Source: Callorhinchus milii
Taxonomy: Eukaryota
Length of the DNA stretch: 64,000 nucleotides
Direction: 5' to 3'
NCBI RefSeq assembly: GCF_018977255.1
Contig: NW_024704742.1
Coordinates: 11,906,001 to 11,970,000 of the forward strand
The notes under the pieces were generated by a model. It was not told the DNA's origin. It worked only from the letters and a program-made list of their open reading frames with translations, and made no database searches. Position 1 is the first letter of the stretch. Every line of letters starts with the position of its first letter. Shown piece after piece: positions 39,103 through 53,394 of the stretch. The translations under genes and the position numbers were made by a program.

Positions 39103-39864
39103 GATATAAAATGCTGCTAATTTTACGCCATAAGAGGAACAGATCGAATCGAGTCCAGCACGACTCCTCTCTACCATCAGTGACTCGTCATCCATCCATT
39201 TATACAGATAGTTCTGGTTAGTGTCTGAAAGCTAAGTATCAATCAGTTTCCCATGCCTTAATGCATGGGAATATTGTTGCCTGCACTGTGTGTCCTAACA
39301 TTTGTAATTTACCGTGTACAGGAATCATGCTATACAACTAGCAAATATATTTATCAGAATAAGATTGTGGAAACTATTTAAGACAGCACTTGCCTGCTCA
39401 AATATTCATGCAGTTTGCATGACTGGAGCAGCACATTATGAAGCATGGAAATTATATCATATATAAATTATTCATTGATTTGAGAACAGCCATTGCAAGT
39501 TCCTTTTTATTTTCTTTAAGCCTCTGTGGTCACAGTCAGTCGGTTGCAGTTGAAGACTTGTACAACACGCAGTTGAACCCAGTGAAGCTGCACACTAGCC
39601 ATACCATCCATCAACATCTGTTTTTGCCTTCCAGTCTTATTAGGTTACTTTTGCATGAAAGGACTGATTAAAATGATGTAGAGGTAGAGAAGCTTATTGA
39701 ATTGGAACACAAATGATTTCAATAATTCTTACGTTTTGATATTTCTGTTGGTGTTGAAGGCCTTTGATGAAGAATATGCTTCCTCTGCGATCTTGTTTGA
39801 TCTCCTTGATTTGCAGCATTTACTAAAAATAAACAGGTCCTTACTTAAATTAATGAAATGCCAA

Positions 39865-41215
39865 ATAACATAACATAACATGTAGGAGCAGGAGTAGGCC
39901 ATTTGACCATTCGAGCCTGCCCCGCCATTCAATCATGGTTGATCTTCTAACTCCAGCTAATAACCTAACCCTGCCTTATCCCCAAATCCCTTAATCCCTT
40001 TTGCAATAAGAAATCTATCTATCTCAGTCTTTAATATGTTCAAGGACTGAGCGTCAACAGCCCTTTGGAGTAGTGAGTTCCATACAATCACCACCCTTTG
40101 AGTGAAGAAGTTCCTCCTCAACTCAGTGAGAAAGGGCTGCCTCTAATTTTAAGGTTGTGACCCCTGGTTTTAGTTTTTCTAACCAGGGGAAACAATCTCC
40201 CACTATCTACTCTGTCATGCCCTTTGATGATCTTATAGGTTTCTATAAGATCCCCTCTAATTCTTCTATATTCCAGAGAATATAGGCCCAAATTGGTCAG
40301 CCTATCCTCATAACTCATCCCCTTCATCCCTGTTACTAACCTAGTAAATCTACGCTGCACCCCCTCCAAGGCAAGTACATCCTTCCTTAAATAAGGAGAC
40401 CAAAACTGCACACAGTATTCCAGGTGTGGTCTCACCAGGGCCCTATACAGTTGCAGCAAGACTTCCCTACTCTTATACTCTAATCCTTTCATAATGAATG
40501 CTAACATCCCGTTCGCCTTCCTAATTGCTGCTGCACCTTCAGACTAACTTTCTGTGATTGGTGTACAAGGACACCCAAGTCCCTCTGGACGCTAACACAT
40601 TCCAATCTCTCCCCTTCTAAAAAATAACCCGCTCTACTGTTTTTGCTCCCTAGGTAGATGACTTCGCACTTCCCTACATTATACTTCATCTGCCACCTAC
40701 CTGCCCAATCACCTAACCTATCTATGTCTCGCTGCATTTTTTTAATGTCGTCCTCTGTGTTGACACTTTCTCCTAGTTTTGTGTCATATGCGAATTTAGA
40801 TATATTAACTTTGATGTCCTCATCTAGATCGTTGATGTAGATGGTAAATAGCTGAGGCCCAAGGACTGATCCTTGTGGCACTCCACTAGTCACATCCCGC
40901 CAATCTGAAAAGGACCCGTTTATCCCTACTCTTTGTTTCCTACCCATTAGCCATTCCCCAATCCACGTTAATATGCTCCCCCCAATTCCTTATCTTTTGG
41001 ACTAACCTTTTAATGCGGCACCTTATCAAATGCCTTGTGGAAGTCCAAATAGACCACATTCACTGATTCACCCTTATCTAGTTTACTGGAAATATCCTGA
41101 AAAAACTCTATGAGATTTGTCAAACATGACTTCCCTTTTGTAAAGCCATGTTGACTTGGCCTAATTATAATGTGCTTCCCTAAATACCGCACTACCACAT
41201 CCTTAATCAATGATT
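39865..41215 (-). mobile_element. CR1 (HER1-like), 5'-truncated RT
   Basis: [37 protein letters not shown]; same family as 20912-24270. Confidence 0.92.
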
Positions 41216-41683
41216 CTAAATTTAAGGCTGCAACTTTTTATGAAACACTGCAAGATACAGAAAGCAAACATCAGAAGAAGATTGACTCCAAATGTTTGCA
41301 ATTTTCTTGTAAAGCCAAAATCATTGGTTCGGAGATTAATTGCATTTATGAAAGTAAATGGCATCGGCAAACCTGCTTTCGTCAGATCAGTTTTAATGAA
41401 CATTAAATTTCTTGCCATCATTTTTAGCATTTATTATTCTGCTTTGTTTTATAAAAATACTAGCTGTATCCGTTGCAGCTACGCTTGCAACCCAAGAATC
41501 CAATATGGAATGTAGATTGACACACAGACCGACAAACATTTCATCTTTATACTCATCTCGGAGGACTTCGGTAGGAGGCCTCCTTTTGGGAGAACTTGGC
41601 ACTTTAAAAATGTAATATTGTTGTTGTTGCTGCTGCTTAGCCTCGTCTGTGTTCTTTTTTTTGCTTTGTTCCCGCCGCATGGC

Positions 41684-41842
41684 TACATCTGTGCTCTGTG
41701 ATGCAGGATGCCACAGCGCCAGGACCAGCCGGCGCAGCCACCATATGTAACTGCAGTGTGCGCGTAGATACATAGGTGCTCTTGTGACACATGATGCCAC
41801 AGTGCCACTTGGACTCGGCGGCCACTGGATGCAACTGCAGTG
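41684..41842. repeat. Degenerate two-copy tandem repeat, about 85-bp period, GC/CpG-rich
   Basis: tacat..gtgctct..gtga..gatgccacag.gcca...gccac..atg.aactgcagtg occurs twice. Confidence 0.7.
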
Positions 41843-42204
41843 AAAAATGCAAAATGGCAAAATAACTCATGAATGATAGGAGTTACCCAAAAAAAATGCC
41901 TGTGTCACTGCCAGATGCAAGACCTTTCCGATGTGATATAAATTGAGTCTCTATGTCAATCAGTAATCAAGATCCTTCTTGAAGCGCAGACAGACATTGT
42001 CGTTTTATTAGTATATCAGATAGAAGAAGATTGAGAATGTCATAACTATACACTGAGTGTTATTGCAATTACTATGCAGATAAGAAAGATGACAGTCAAT
42101 CGATTATCAGTAAGAAATTTGAAAAGGTTTCTGCTACTTGAGTACTCATACTACATGTTATGTATCTTTTTGTATTCAGTAATAATTGTCTAATTCTAAT
42201 CTTT

Positions 42205-42355
42205 GTGCCTTCAGTCACCCTCCCACCTCTCTGCCTTTCCTCACCCCTACCCCACCCCTCCCCAATGCTCAAGTCCTGACCCCTGACCGACCAGCGCCTT
42301 GGGATGTCCTCCCGACGTAAAAGGCACTCTATAAATGTCATTTTGTTGTTGTTGT
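42205..42355 (+). mobile_element. L2 3' end
   Basis: Same 3'UTR as the element at 1825 (opposite strand). Confidence 0.85.
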
Positions 42356-42819
42356 TTGTTTGTTATCAGTGAAATATCACTTTCAGCTATAAAGACATCA
42401 ACTGAACCTGATACCCAGATTGCTGATTTATTATATATTATTGAACGTTTTAAAACTGATTATATGCAAAGCATTTACTTTTTTAGGTACTTCTAAAGTT
42501 TGTGAATTGCAACAGTTCTCTTACTTCATAATGTATGTATTAAGTTGTACATTATTGAGACCTTCACCACTTTGCAGACACAAAATGCTGCAACTTCAGA
42601 TTTGATTATAAGAATTAGAGAATTTAATTACACACCATGCATTGCTAAACCATTTCTGACCAGTTCTAGATGCCTACTTTGCCACATTGATTAAGTTTCC
42701 CATTTGGTATGGTTTTTTCTTCATAGTAATTCTTCATCTTTCCAGAGATAGTCAAGACAGAAGTAAACACTTATTTATATTGCTAATTTTCTCCACTTTT
42801 CTCATTTCCTCTCTTTTCA

Positions 42820-44810
42820 TGAACAGCAACTTGCATTTGTAGAATGCCCTTCCATAGGTAGAGCCTTGTGAGGACTAGGGTGGTGGCCATGCACCTTTGT
42901 GTAGGTGAGGATGGGAATAGCATAGTTTTGGATGAGTTGGAGATTATGAATGGTGGAGCTCAAGAGATGAACAAGGAATGCATTTGAGAAGTCCAGGCAC
43001 GAGGTAACCAAGCTGTGGTTAAGGGATTCAGTAGCGTTTGATGTGAAATTGTGCTGCAGAAAAGCAATCTTGCTCAGGGACAGGACCCTCCCTTGATGCG
43101 TCGTAGCTATCAAGCTACCGGCCCATCTCCAATCTCCCCTTTCTCTCCAAGGTCCTGGAAAGAGTTGTCGCCTCCCAACTGCGCTCTTTCCTTTCCACCC
43201 ATTCACTTTTCGAACCCCTTCAGTCAGGTTTCCGTGCTGCCCATAGCACAGAAACTGCCCTGGTCAAGGTCACCAATGATATCCTGACCATCTGTGACCA
43301 GGGCTCCCTTTGCCTCCTCGTCCTCCTCGACCTATCGGCAGCATTCGATACGGTCGATCACGCTATCATACTCCACCGCTTGTCCTCCCACCTCAACCTT
43401 CAAGGCACTGTCCTTGAGTGGTTTAGGTCGTACCTTTCTCACCGTCTTCACTTTGTCTTGACAAATGGCTTCTCCTCCACCCGCCGCACTGTCTCATGTG
43501 GTGTCCCTCAGGGCTCTGTCCTTGGTCCCCTCCTCTTCACCCTCTATATGCTCCCCCTTGGTGACATCATCCGCAGACATGGAGTTAACTTCCACATGTA
43601 TGCGGATGACACCCAACTCTACCTTTCCTCCTCTACTCTCAACTCCACGACCACCGATGTCCTGACAGCTTGCCTGTCCGACATCGAGTCCTGGACGAGA
43701 GACAACTTTCTTCAGCTCAACGTGCGAAAAACCGAGGCCTTCCTGATTGGCTCACATCAGCGCCTCCGCACCTCAGGCACCGACACCATCAGCATCCAAG
43801 GCTGCACTCTCCACCTCTCAAAGCTAGTCAGGAACCTCGGCGTTTTGTTCGACCCTGAGCTGTCCTTTCTTCCTCACATCCGCACCACAACTGGCACCGC
43901 CTTCCATCACCACCGGAACATCGCCAGACTACGGCATTACCTCACCCCTCATGCTGCTGAAATCATGGTCCACGCCTTTGTCACCTCAAGGCTGGACTAT
44001 GGGAACTCTCTCCTCGCCGGCCTTCCCGCCACCTCCCTCCACAAGCTGCAGGTCATTCAGAACTCTGCAGCTCGTGTACTGTCCCGCACCAGGCTTCGGG
44101 ACCACATCACTCCCACCCTCGCTCGCCTCCACTGGCTCCCCATCCCCCAGAGGATTGATTTCAAGATCCTCATCCTCACCTACAAGGCCATTTACGGCCT
44201 CGCTCCCTCCTACCTCTCCAACCTACTATCCCCCTGCCTACCTGCCCGTACCCTCCGTTCCTCCGGCTCCGGTCTGCTCCACGTCCCCCGCCCCAACCGC
44301 CCTACCATCGGTGGCCGGGCCTTCAGCCTCTCAGCCCCCAGGCTCTGGAACTCTATCCCCCAGTGCCTTCGCCGCTTCCTCCCTTTCCTCCTTCAAGGCC
44401 GGTCTCAAAACCTTTCTCTTTGACCGAGCCTTCAGCTCCCCTCTCGAGTATCTTCCCCCTCCTCGCTCCCTCCCTTCCCTCCCCTCACCCTGACCATTTC
44501 CCCCCTGCTCGGGTCCTGACCCAACTGTGCAGGCCCTTGGGACGTCCTCCTGACGTAAAAGGCGCTTTATAAATGGAATCTTGTTGTTGTTGTTGTTGAT
44601 ATCAGGGAGAAAGGAGAGCTGAGGATCAATCTGCCAAGTTTGTATACTGGTGAGATGAGTTTGAGAGAGAAAACAGGGAAGTTGAAGAGATGAGAGCTGA
44701 AAGTGAGGAGATGTTGGTGGGAGCCAAGCTGGTTGACTTCTGTCTTGTCCATGTTGAGTTGCTGGAAATTGTGGCTTATTCAGGCAGAGTAAGTCTGACA
44801 TTACTTTCCT
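42820..44810 (-). mobile_element. Old L2 fragment (42820-43085 and about 44600-44810) split by a young L2
   Basis: LVTSCLDFSN, QLIQNYA on the left; MDKTEV..LGSHQ on the right; colinear with the 5441-6730 family. Confidence 0.7.
43087..44597 (+). mobile_element. Young L2, 5'-truncated, RT frame open about 43106-44423
   Basis: [64 protein letters not shown]. Confidence 0.95.
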
Positions 44811-45489
44811 GCTCCTTCTATAATTTGATGTATGCCAGTGCTTGTTCAAATAGTCATGACTCCGGAGTGAGGCTAGACACTTACAATTAGTTATTAATAA
44901 TAAGTCTTACTATTATTATTACATTGTACTGTTACACTTACTATGTAACTGCAGGCAATGACACAGTGAGCTTCATTCTGTCCCATGATCACACATTAGC
45001 ATACCAGCATAAATAGCAAACAGGAGAGTAAATTAATAGATTTTTTCATACATCTTTAGAATAAGAAATCCAAATGCTTCTATGGTTTGTCTTCAGCTTA
45101 AACTCTATTCCATAGCTGAAGGACTGGAGAGATATCGCCAAGAAATTTAAGAAGCCATTTTTGACTGGGGGCCAAATTGAGTCATGTTTAGACAGTAATG
45201 GTTCAATCGATTTTCTGGCAAAATCAATATTTCAAGGTCGATTTGGATGCAAGTAGGATATATATAGATTGGTGTGTACACCTGATCTGCAAATGTGATT
45301 TACATTTTGTTTTTTGTTCTCATTTTCACACTGAATCAACATTCAAAGTCCAGTATAAAATGGGGCATTAAAGTGTTGATTCTCTAGTGCAAAGGGGAAG
45401 AGTTATGAGGAAAGATTCAACAAGCTTAACAAAATAGTTTGGAAATTGGCAGTTAAACGAAGAGGAGAATCTTATAAAATTATCTAAAA

Positions 45490-46355
45490 TATAATAATAA
45501 TAACTCTTGCATTTGATATAACGTCTTATCACATCTTCTAAATGTCTCAAAGAGGGTCACAGAATATACTGTAAAGTGAATTCACTGTATATTTTGAGGG
45601 CGAAATGGTATAGTTAGGGTAATCCCATTCTTTCAAAGTTAGCGGTGAAAAGAGTGATCAAAGGACAAAAATAAAAATGAGTGAAATGTACATTTAGAAC
45701 AGGTATGAGAAAATAATTTGCTGGTCATACTTCTACAAAAGCAACAAAATAGAGGCAAACACACTGATAGTGTTCAGCCTACAATTAGATGCTTTGATGT
45801 TTACAGTATAAAACGTGATAAAGCGCTGTATCAAATACAAGGATTATTATTATTGTGGGACTGTTTGTGGGACATTGCTGTGCACAAATTGACTGCCATG
45901 TTCACCTGCCAAATACAGAGTCACTACACTTTACAGTGAACCCTGTGAAATGCATTGAAACTTTTCAATGACAAAATAAGATGGTATATCAAATGCAAGG
46001 ATTGTTATAATACAATAATCCTTGCATTTGATATAATGCCTTATCATGTCTTTGCAACGTCTCAAAGCGCTTCACAGAATATACTATAAAATGAATTGAC
46101 TATATATTTTGTTTGCGAAATGCAGCAGCCAGTAGTGGATTGAGTGAACACTTTTTTTATTTTTCATTTTTGAAAGAGTATTACCTCTGGAAAAGCGAAC
46201 CGTCAATCGACTAACAAACAGCTTCCTACTCACTGCTAGGTAAACAGAGGCGTGTGGAATAAGGAAACTTGCCCCAAGTTTCGCCCTGCTGGGAACCAAA
46301 CCCAGGTCCTCTCGCTTGCGAGGCAAGTGCTCTGACCACTGAGCTACAGGATTAC
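45490..46355. mobile_element. Cluster of SINE pieces (45490-45605 minus; about 45805-46010 plus; 46012-46355 minus, full length)
   Basis: Tail and head motifs of the SINE families. Confidence 0.78.
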
Positions 46356-48699
46356 ACAAAATAATGTAATAGAAGGATGAGATTTAATGCCTAAGTAACC
46401 CTTTGTGATTCCCAAATTTCTTATGTTCTTGTGTCATAATTTTGAAAACTAGACAAATAGGGTTGATACATAAGTGAAAGGCCACCTTATTTTATAAACT
46501 GGGTTAAGTGTTGTTTTACCTGAGTTTTGGAGGAACTAAGAAGAAATATGGTCTCCTGCATAAGCAATGGAAGATATTTAAGCTCCACTACAGAATATTA
46601 TTGTTTCCCTCAGGGTCCAGAAATATCATTGAATTATTTACTTTCAATGTGGAATGCTTGATGGAGGCGATTTTGCACACCTGGATTGAGAACATTCTGA
46701 CCTCAGTTTACATTGCTATTCTTTCGTTCATTTAAAACCTTCTCACCTGACCTACTTAAAGATGTAGACTCCTTGTTTCAAGAAACAGAATCCTTGAAAA
46801 CTATTTGTGGCTGTTTTCTGCAGGCAGTAGTAAATTTGTTTGTTTTCTGTCATAAGAGTAGAGCATTCGCATAGTAACTACCAAATAAACAGAATACAGA
46901 GAAATAAAGGATAGAGATGGAGAAAGTTATTGGAAATGGTCATAGAAATATGTGACATGTCAGTAATTTGTACAAAAACAAGATAAATTGAAACACATCT
47001 GCCTGGAACAAACATATACTCTTAAACAGGAGAAATATATATGTCGGGCTCGGGTTACCAATGTGAAGGATAAGAAGATATGAAAGCTTACTAGATAATC
47101 TGGGAATTAGATTTGATGAAAGGGGAATATTAAGGGATCAGCGCAGAACAAAGTCTTGCTTTTTCAGGAGTTTGAATCTGAATGTGTAGCCTTGGAGATT
47201 TTTTTATATGAAAGGCAAATCTATTTTCAGTGGACAAGGATTTTAGGAAACGGTTGAAAAGACCATTTGAGGAAAAGGCCATTAATAAGTGAATGAAGTG
47301 ATGATTGTAGGGTCACTGATGTCTACCACTGATGAACTTTATTAACGTCCAGGTGATTTATCTCCAACGATGAGGTAAATAAACTGTGAAGCTTCCAGTA
47401 CTAAGCACCAGAGGGGCAGAACGGTTCTCCTCAAGTGAGACTCACTAAAGCCATGTACGTTCTCAGTTTAGAAATTCTAATCTTCCTAGCTCTACCATTT
47501 TTGAATTGTCCACTTCACAAGTGTGACTCCAACGTTACAACAATACTCTTAATTTGAAAATGGCCCAAGTGACTCCTACATTTCCTTATGTTTGCCAAGT
47601 TCCAAATGAGCTGCGGTAGAAGAGATAATTTGTGCTGTATTGGAATCAAACATGTCGTTTCCTATTCATAAATGCACTAATCTGTGATGATTGCAAATTG
47701 AGGATTGATGATGTTGGGCAGACGTCATAGCTGCTGACACAGAAGTGGTGTTTCGAAATTGTGTCTTGCATGAAAATGTATTCTGTTGAAGGTCCTCATG
47801 GATGCCACCATAAAGTTACCTCTTTGTCTTGCTGTGCATCAATGTAATGAGAAGTAATATCTCTGCCATTAGACAAGAAGAAATGTTTGTTTCTAACAGT
47901 GTTAATCTTAACAGTGTGTGTCTGAATTATCTTGAGCTGAATTGCTTCAATCTATTTCTACTGAGCGGGTGGGGAATAAATGGATCTTTAACTGATGGAT
48001 GGTTGTTGATTGCTATTGTAAACATGAACAGATGGCAGGAAATGACCTATTTTGTTCCAGGGGGCTCTGTTTCAACATTTCCATGGTTACCTGGTTTACA
48101 TCTAGTGTGGGAACGGGAGAAAGAAAATCAGGTTGGCTGATCAGAGACTCGACAACATATGGAAAGTGAAGTTACTTTCTCCAATGTTATCTGAGGCTTC
48201 TGAGTAAACATGGGCTTTGCACTGTGAAAAGGCTTGTTGAGATAGAAGAGATTAATCAAATTGCTGCATGAGAAAAGCCAGCAATGAGAGAGTGCATCAA
48301 CAATATATTTGGACATTTGTTTACAATATAATAATACAATATAATAATCCTTGCATTTGACTTTAAAAATACCTTTAACACCATGTTCTTGCGTTGAATT
48401 ATCCATGTTGCGATTGTGTCTCACTTGTACTCGATTGGAGTCTGGACCATGGGCAAAAAAATTGTCTTGTGATCCACACAGAACCTACCCCCTGCAGGAC
48501 AGATACAGCCACTTCCATTAAAATGACAGGTTCTATCAAATCCAAAGGTGGTTAAGGTGGGCTAAATATGGGTATCTACAAAAAGAGTAAGATTGGCATA
48601 AACTCACACCATTTGCAAGCAAGTTGTCAATTTGGTTTTGTAAGTTATCTTTGGCAGATGCGCTCATGACTTAATATTCATAATTCTCTACTGATTTAT

Positions 48700-49430
48700 T
48701 TGGTCACATTCTAGACTGAGACACTAAAGCAGTTCTGAGGGAGTGCTGCATTGTTGGAGGTGTTGTCCTTTGGATAATTCAAGGTTACTTCCTGTTAAAG
48801 GTCTGATGACACTATTCAACCCCAACAACAATTTACATTTAATTAGCGCCCTTCACGCGGGGTAGATCCCTGAGCACTTCACAGTGGCGGTGTCTGACCC
48901 AGAGCCACGGGGGAGAGAGAAGTGGGAGGTGACGATAAGCACAATCAAAAAGGAAGGTCTTTGAAAGTGGGGAGAGAAAGGGCAAGGTGGAGGGATTGAG
49001 GGAGACAGTTCCAGAGTTTCGGAGCATAGTGGCTGAAGGCATGGCCATCGACGGTGGAGGGGACGAGGGACGAACAGGCAGCCTGAGCCAGTCAAGAAGA
49101 GGCAACAGGTGGTGGAGTGGTGTGTAAGCAAATTGGATAGGTAGGGAGGTGTGACGGCATGAAGGGATTTGAAAACGAGTGAGAGGATCTTGAATTATTC
49201 AAAAAGTGAAGGGAGTTTCTCTCTGTGGCCTGGCCGACAATCCTTTAAAATGAAGATTAATCGATCATTCATTTCATGGCTGCTTATGAGATAATGCTGT
49301 GCACAAATTGGCTTCCGCATTTGCTTATAAAATACAGTCACGACACTTCATACAAATTCCTGTGAAATGCTTTGAGACATCTCGAAGATATGATGAGGCA
49401 CCATATCAAATGCAAGAATGATTATTATTT
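48700..49430 (+). mobile_element. Old Deu-SINE with old-family L2 3' end (48820-49195, minus) inserted
   Basis: ctgagggagtgctgcattgttggaggtg; 7-bp TSD TATTCAA (48813-48819, 49196-49202). Confidence 0.78.
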
Positions 49431-50012
49431 ACTGTTATTTTACTACCTATTATTTTAATGCATGAATGCGTTATACATGTGTTATATATGCAAAAACATC
49501 CTCTGACAGTGATGGCGATTAAAAAAAAAAGCAGCAAATCTCCCCCCAGAAGTGCAACAGATGCTTAAAAGAATTGTGCATTGGTTCATGTACAAATCTT
49601 TTGTAAAGTAAACATCTGTACTAGAGCAATGGCAGACTCTGGCAAAGTCAGTCATAGTCGGTGCACTGAGAAGTGGGATTCTTGCAGAGAGTATTATTGA
49701 AGAGTATTAATGAAGTGGTTTTGTCTGTCAGTGATAGCCTCAGCCAACTAAAGTCTTCCCCCACCCCCTCCCTCCTTCTACCACCCAAATTAGTGGTAAT
49801 TGCTCGCATAAGCCCCTGTGGGTGGAACAGGGTTATAGGGATTGAGTGGAATCAATGGTCCATACCTCAAAAGAAGTATTTTCCCTCAAATTCCGTCATT
49901 GTTACTGCATTCATTGCCTATAGTTGGGACTCCAACATCGCTTGTGTGCTGCCTTTCTAAACCAGCAGTCAGGATATATGAAAGAGAAGCTCAACCATGT
50001 CAGTTTTCCCTT

Positions 50013-50775
50013 CATAATCCTTGCATTTGATACAGCCCCTTATTAAGTCTTTGAGATGTCTTGAAGCGCTTCACAGAATACACTGTAAACAACAACAACA
50101 AAATTACGTTTGTATAGAGCCTTTCACATTGGGAGGATGTCACAAGGTGCTGGACAGAAAGAGTTACGGACAAGAGCTGGGGGTCGGGGTAGGGGAGGGC
50201 GGGGGGGAGATCGAAAGTACGGTATAAGAGGAGGGTCTTGAGGCGGGTCTTGAAAGTGACGAGAAAGGGGGCAAGACGGAGGGACTGCAGGATGGAGTTC
50301 CAGAGGGTGAGTGCAGAGTAGCAGAAGACCCGCCTGCCAATAGTAGGGCGAGCAAGGTAGGGAATATGAAGCAGACCGGGGCCCGCTGTGGGGAGGGAGC
50401 GAACAGGATGGTAGGGGCTTAGGAAGTCGGAAAGATAAGGGAAGCAAGATGATGGAGTGCTTTGAAGGTGAGGACCAGTGTCTTGTTGTATCCTCTGTGT
50501 GATGGAAAAGTGAATTGGCTGTATATTCTGTGGCCAAAAAGCATCAGCCAATTATGCAGAGCAGTGTCCCACAAACAATCTTGAAGTGACCAATTTTTTT
50601 TTTAAGGAATTATTACCCCCAGAAATGTGATCCGTCAATCGACTAATAACTGGGTTACAAAACAGAAATGTCTGGAGTAAGGAAACTTACCCATCGTTTC
50701 GCCCTGCCAGGAATCAAACCCAGGTCCTCTCGTTTGTGATGCGTGTGCTCTAACAACTTAGCCACAGGACTCCAA
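50013..50775 (-). mobile_element. tRNA-SINE with L2 3' fragment (about 50090-50505, minus) nested
   Basis: SINE tail, then (caa)n L2 tail and PTIGRRVF..LWNSIL, then SINE body and head resume. Confidence 0.85.
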
Positions 50776-51494
50776 AGCACATCACTTTTGGTCAGCACTC
50801 CTATAGTGATACAACAGAGAATCTGAAATTTGCTGAACGGTCCATCAAAACTGTATCCCTCTGATCCATAGTGTTCCATCCCACCAATATTTACAGAAAC
50901 ATTATTTTGAAGAGGAAACAAAGATAATTAGCAGCACACTACAAATTACTATTTTATAGGAAAAACATCTTGCTCCTCTCCTCTCCCAAGTGGCTTTTAA
51001 CAGTTTGGGATGTCCTTCCCAGGTGAAACCTGCTATATGAATGTAAATTGAATTGTGGCTAGATGCCTAAGAGTTTAAGCAACAGGAAGAAATGAAATTC
51101 AATAACAGTTAAACCTTTAGGAGGGAACAATAAGGAGCCAGCAATATAACGTCATGCTGCTGACTCCCAATATTCTACTGTAAGTTCACATGGTGTCTGC
51201 AACATAAATGATTCCTGACATTTCCTAAGAAGGAGCTTCCTGGTAGAAGTGAAATTCCCTGTGGCCATAAGTCATATTCTGCATTTCAGAAAGAAATCTT
51301 TGGCCAAAAGATCAGTGGTAAGAAAATCTATCGTACAAAAAACAATTGTAAATGGCTGGCTATACCAAGCAGGCAGTCGATGAAGAATTAGAACAATGAA
51401 GGATTCCAAAGGAAATTTAAAACCCGAGCAAGGGCAGACATAGTGAACAGTCTCTTCATGTCAGTGTTCACAGAAGAAGCTATGGACTGTATAA

Positions 51495-51785
51495 ATAATA
51501 ATATAATCATCCTTGCATTTGATAGAGCGCCTTATCACATTGTTGAGACATCTCAAAACTCAGAATGTAGTGACTGTGTACTTCATGGGTGGAACACAGC
51601 AGCCAATTGCGCACAGCAGTGTCCTACAAACAGTCGTGGATTTAGTGACCACATTCTTATTTTTTTTTGACATATTATTACCCCTGGAAAGTGATTCCTC
51701 AATCGACTAACAACCGGGTTCCCACCTACTGCTGGGTAAAACAGAGGCATGTGGAGTAAGGAAACTTGCCTAAGGTTTTGCCAGG
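51495..51785 (-). mobile_element. tRNA-SINE fragment
   Basis: Homology to young SINE. Confidence 0.8.
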
Positions 51786-51821
51786 TCAATATGGAGGTAG
51801 AATTTCTAGGACAAGATACAA

Positions 51822-52290
51822 TAGAATACATTGGAATATACAGCACAGAAACAGACCATTCGACCCAACTGGTCTATGCCAATGTTCATGCTCCACATGA
51901 GCCTCCTCCTTCCCTTCCTCAACTAAGCCTTCAAGCATAACCTTCTATTCCTTTCTCCCTCATGTACCTAGCTAGTTTCCCCTTGAATACATCTATGCTA
52001 TTTGCCACAACAACTCCTTGTGGTAGCATGTTCCACATTCCCACTACTCTCTGTATGAAGACATTTCTTCTAACTTCTCTGTTTGATCACTATTTTATAT
52101 TGATGGCCCCTGGTTTTGATCTCCCCCACAAGTGGAAACCTCTTCCCTATGTCTACCCTATCAAAACCTTTCATCAATTTAAAGACCTCTATCAGGTCAC
52201 CCCTTACCCTCTTCTTTTCAAGAGAAAAGAGTCTAAGTATGTTCAACCTTTCCTGATGGGAATAACCTCTCAGTTCTAGGATCATCCTTG
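51822..52290 (-). mobile_element. CR1 3' fragment (third family)
   Basis: LFSLEKKRVRGDLIEVFK...KTRGH. Confidence 0.85.
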
Positions 52291-52789
52291 TGAAGATAGG
52301 AAAATGCTAGAGTGATCATTTTCACGGAGGTGATCGCCAGACTGAGGCACAGACAAATGACATTTACAGCTGATATGCCTTACACTAAGGTACTTGGGGA
52401 ATCGTCCAGTGATAAGGAGAACATTCTGGGGAGTACTTTTTGGAAATGGCTGAAACTTGGAGCCTGAGGATTGTGCAAAGTCGAACATTACCCCAGAAAC
52501 TGCAGACTGCCGAGTCTGATATTTGGAATGTCGATAGTGGTAGAGGGAATGCAGGATAATGAAGCATCTAACAAGCTATGGGCAATTATAGGAAGTCAGC
52601 CTGATTTCATTAGAGGAAATTTATGTCTGTCAAATCCGTTTGGAATTCTGTGAGGAAACGACAGATCTGCCGGATAAGGGAAAATCAAGTTCATGCATTT
52701 AAATTTGGATTTTACCAAGGTTTTGCCACTATGTTACTTTACATACAAAACTCCTCCACAAAGGTCTGACTTTTAAAGTGGTTTTAAAG

Positions 52790-53225
52790 TAATAATAATA
52801 ATGCTTGCATTACATAAAACACTTTATCGTGGTCTTTGAAATGCCTCAAAGTGCTTCACTGGATTTACTGTAAATTGTGCTTTTTGATGTGTAAAGTGTG
52901 ACTCATTTTTTAGGTAAAATGGTCATTTGTGCACACAGTCTCCCCCACACAGCCATGAAGTGATAAGCAATTTTATTTTCAGATGTTTGACCAGGACATA
53001 AGGAGAAACTCCATTCTCTTTTTATATAGTGCTACAGGATCTTTAACATTCACCTGAACAGGCAGATGGGTTACTTAATTTAGCAACTCAACTAAAGAAC
53101 GGCAACTCAGCCATTGCAGCACTCCTCCAGCACTGAACTGGAATGCTGGCCTAGACTGTGGGTTCAAACCCCATATCAGGACTTTGACTCTCTGACTGAG
53201 AGGTGAAAGTGCTATCAACTCAGAC
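52790..53225 (-). mobile_element. Old Deu-SINE
   Basis: Reverse-strand tail, ggatctttaacattcacctgaacaggcag, head tctgactgagaggtgaaagtgct. Confidence 0.65.
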
Positions 53226-53394
53226 AGTTAACACCTGGCTAACAAGTTTGGTTAAATCAATGGAAACTGGATGTTATAATAAATAATACTTGCATTTTAT
53301 ATAGTGCCTTGGCATGTCTTGGAGACCTCTCAAAGCACTTCACAGGTATACTGTAAAGCGAATTGACTGCATATAGTTTGTGGATGAATGTTGG

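Noticed and set aside
41170..41515. Overlapping short ORFs
   Set aside because: AT-rich chance ORFs abutting a CR1 truncation; no motif.
43380..44423. 347-aa RT ORF as a domesticated gene
   Set aside because: 5'-truncated young L2 with an upstream in-frame stop and a near-identical sibling; openness is explained by youth.
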